The notes under the pieces are model-generated. The model did not search any database. It was given only the letters and a program-made list of their open reading frames with translations, and was not told the DNA's origin. Of a DNA stretch of 64,000 bases, positions 62,055 to 64,000 are shown piece after piece; positions within the stretch are counted from its first letter, which is position 1, and each line of letters opens with the position of its first letter. Source of the stretch: Orbicella franksi (Eukaryota). The stretch covers positions 4,340,001 through 4,404,000 of the forward strand of contig OZ116706.1 of the NCBI GenBank assembly GCA_964199315.1, read 5' to 3'. Made by a program: the position numbers and the translations under genes.

Positions 62055-63331
62055 ATGAAGGTCGTTGTAACAATTGTTTTTATGTGCTGTCTGTTTCTGG
62101 ACTTGCACGAAGGTGCTATGCACTGGAAAATCCAGAACCTAAATATTCCACAAAGTCACATTCCACATTTCACGGGGAGCAAAAACCACAGTCAAGGATT
62201 CTGCAAGAATGGGGCTTGTCAGGTAACTGAAATTAATAATTAACAAACAGAAAACATGTACCGTGTTTCTATCGAGTAACTATGTATAGAAACACAAGTG
62301 GAAGTTTGAGAGAACGAGATATGCTGTGGGAACAGGAGCCGGCAGGCAAGTGTTTCCACAGCTTTTTCGGGGTTTTGACAAAACACTGATCACCTACATG
62401 ACTGTACTGTTCCCCTACTGAGCTGCCCCCCTATTGACCCCCTATAAAATCAATGGTAAAAAGAAAATGTAAAAAGTCCAGAACTATCAGTGGGACTGAT
62501 TCAAGTTCACAAATAAATGTAGCTTCCCTGAGATTTCCAAGGTGGCAAATGCATTAGAGATTTCTGATTCTCTTACCCTTTGATTATAAGTGTAGGTTTT
62601 GCTTATGGAAAATCAAGTACAGAATTGGAATATCATCAAGTATGGTATTCATACCCATAGTTTTAGAAAAGTAAGCAATGAAAGTAACAAAGATAAGCTG
62701 GCAAATGAATGCGTTAGTGTTAGACAGGCACATGACACATCAGCCGGAAGTCATAGAAGTGATTAAAATGAAGTTGTTTTTTGACGACTACATGCATCAA
62801 GAAGAAAGTTTTCCAAATTCAAATACTGGCTTGAGCAAAACTGGGGAGAGACAGGAACTACCATGGAAAAATCGATTTCTGGTTGATGTTTACGTATCCC
62901 ATGTATCACCCATGGTCATTCGCGAGCGTGTTCATTTGCCAGCGTTTCTTAGCCAGTGTCTCATTCCTTACCAAATTTTTAATGATACCATTTCATATTG
63001 GGCATATTTGTCTTTGTCAAAAACAACTACGAGATTCTTATAGTAAAATTTATTGTACTGAATTTCAGCCTCAGATACATGCAGGTCAAATGCATGTTGT
63101 TTAAGTTTGCTTAGATTTGTAATTTGTCAGACCTCAACTTTTCTGTATAGGAAAGGTTCAAGTTATTATTATTATTAGAGAAGATTGTGTATATGAATAA
63201 AAATAATAAGCTGTTATGTTTTTTGTTGCTATTAAGGATCGCAGTTCTAAATTATGTTGGGGATATGAAGACGATTGTGATTCTGACAATCAGTTTTCCA
63301 GACCATATTGTATCCATCATCAAAAAGCGTG
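62055..63331 (+). CDS. EOGT: EGF-domain O-GlcNAc transferase, first two coding exons; gene continues beyond the window
   Basis: Exon 62055-62222 (signal peptide; NLNIPQSHIPHF...CKNGACQ) and exon 63237-63331 (DRSSKLCWGYEDDC...FSRPYC...W) match the EOGT N-terminal pattern (LPEEHIPFF...CWGYEKSC...P.C...GW). Confidence 0.8.
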
Positions 63332-63549
63332 GTATGTACTCTTTCTGGCACAAAATAATTGTAGTCTCAGTACCTGTAGATTTGTTTCAGGACTTTGACC
63401 AAATTCTGCTAGTGGCATGTGCACTGTTTAAGAAATAGAAAACATGTACCGTGTTTCTGTCTTGTTGTAGAAACATGAGCGGAAGTTTGGGAGAACGAGA
63501 AATGCTATGGGAACATGAGCCATAGGCAAGAGTTTCCACAGCATTTTCG
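62249..63549 (+). repeat. Two copies of a ~115-bp interspersed repeat in EOGT introns (62249-62369, 63437-63549)
   Basis: Both begin AGAAAACATGTACCGTGTTTCT and share GGAAGTTTG.GAGAACGAGA.ATGCT.TGGGAACA...TTTCCACAGC. Confidence 0.65.
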
Positions 63550-64000
63550 TGCTATCATTATGTCATAAGCTTGTGCTAGGTCTGTGTTTCTATCAAGTTA
63601 TAGAAACATGATTTTGAACCAACAGCGCGCATATTTTCTTAGGACTGTTTTCTTGACTAATACTTCATATTGTATATTACTCGTTGTAGTTCTAATCGGG
63701 CCATGAGTGGCATTTCATTACTCATACATGAAGTACATAGATTGGCCTCATGCTCGAGAGCCATGTACTGAACACAACCTGAACTGTGTACCTTTTATTC
63801 TGTGGTTTCTTCATTTTAAGTCTACTTACATTACACTAGCTGACTTAAAAACAACTGGAACACTTTATTTTCAACATTTCCATAGACTCAATTTATTTTG
63901 ACAGTTGGTTGTAAAAAATTCATGATTCCCTTTTTGTTTTCAGGAGTATCAGTGTTTGGAGAACTGTGAAAAATGATATAAATCTTTGTTAATTTCTCAA

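Noticed and set aside
59120-63331. Functional link between the PROSER1-like gene and neighbouring EOGT via O-GlcNAc
   Set aside because: PROSER1 partners the nucleocytoplasmic OGT, whereas EOGT is an unrelated ER-lumenal enzyme; adjacency alone is not evidence.
63945-64000. Candidate third EOGT exon after TTTTTCAG
   Set aside because: The phase-2 frame hits a stop within 16 codons and does not resemble EOGT; the next exon is probably beyond the window.

Overview
AT-rich, intron-containing animal genomic DNA; repeat types and gene set suggest a cnidarian, probably a stony coral (inference). All exon models were built by eye from splice sites and reading phase. The left half (0.5-30.4 kb) holds a divergent cluster of three Ig-superfamily genes that the ORF track mostly hides. 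They are a minus-strand two-Ig protein with a GPI-like tail, a minus-strand single-Ig type I membrane protein with a short tail, and a plus-strand 15-exon receptor tyrosine kinase (Ig-Ig-FN3-TM-long juxtamembrane-kinase, 1025 aa). All three start with the same unusual V-like Ig domain lacking the canonical cysteines, and two have alternative signal-peptide first exons. A type I hammerhead-like ribozyme lies antisense in an RTK intron. The middle (33-49.7 kb) is a nested TE stack: a tandem array of decayed Crypton-like tyrosine-recombinase units, split by a Kolobok-like TTAA element that itself took a LINE fragment and a full-length decayed BEL/Pao LTR retrotransposon. The right part (50.7-64 kb) has a TR2/TR4-like (NR2C) nuclear receptor, an intronless DUF4476/PROSER1-like protein with a Pro-Gly-Tyr tail, and the first two coding exons of EOGT. 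There are many MITEs and SINE fragments. No rRNA, tRNA gene or CRISPR array was seen.
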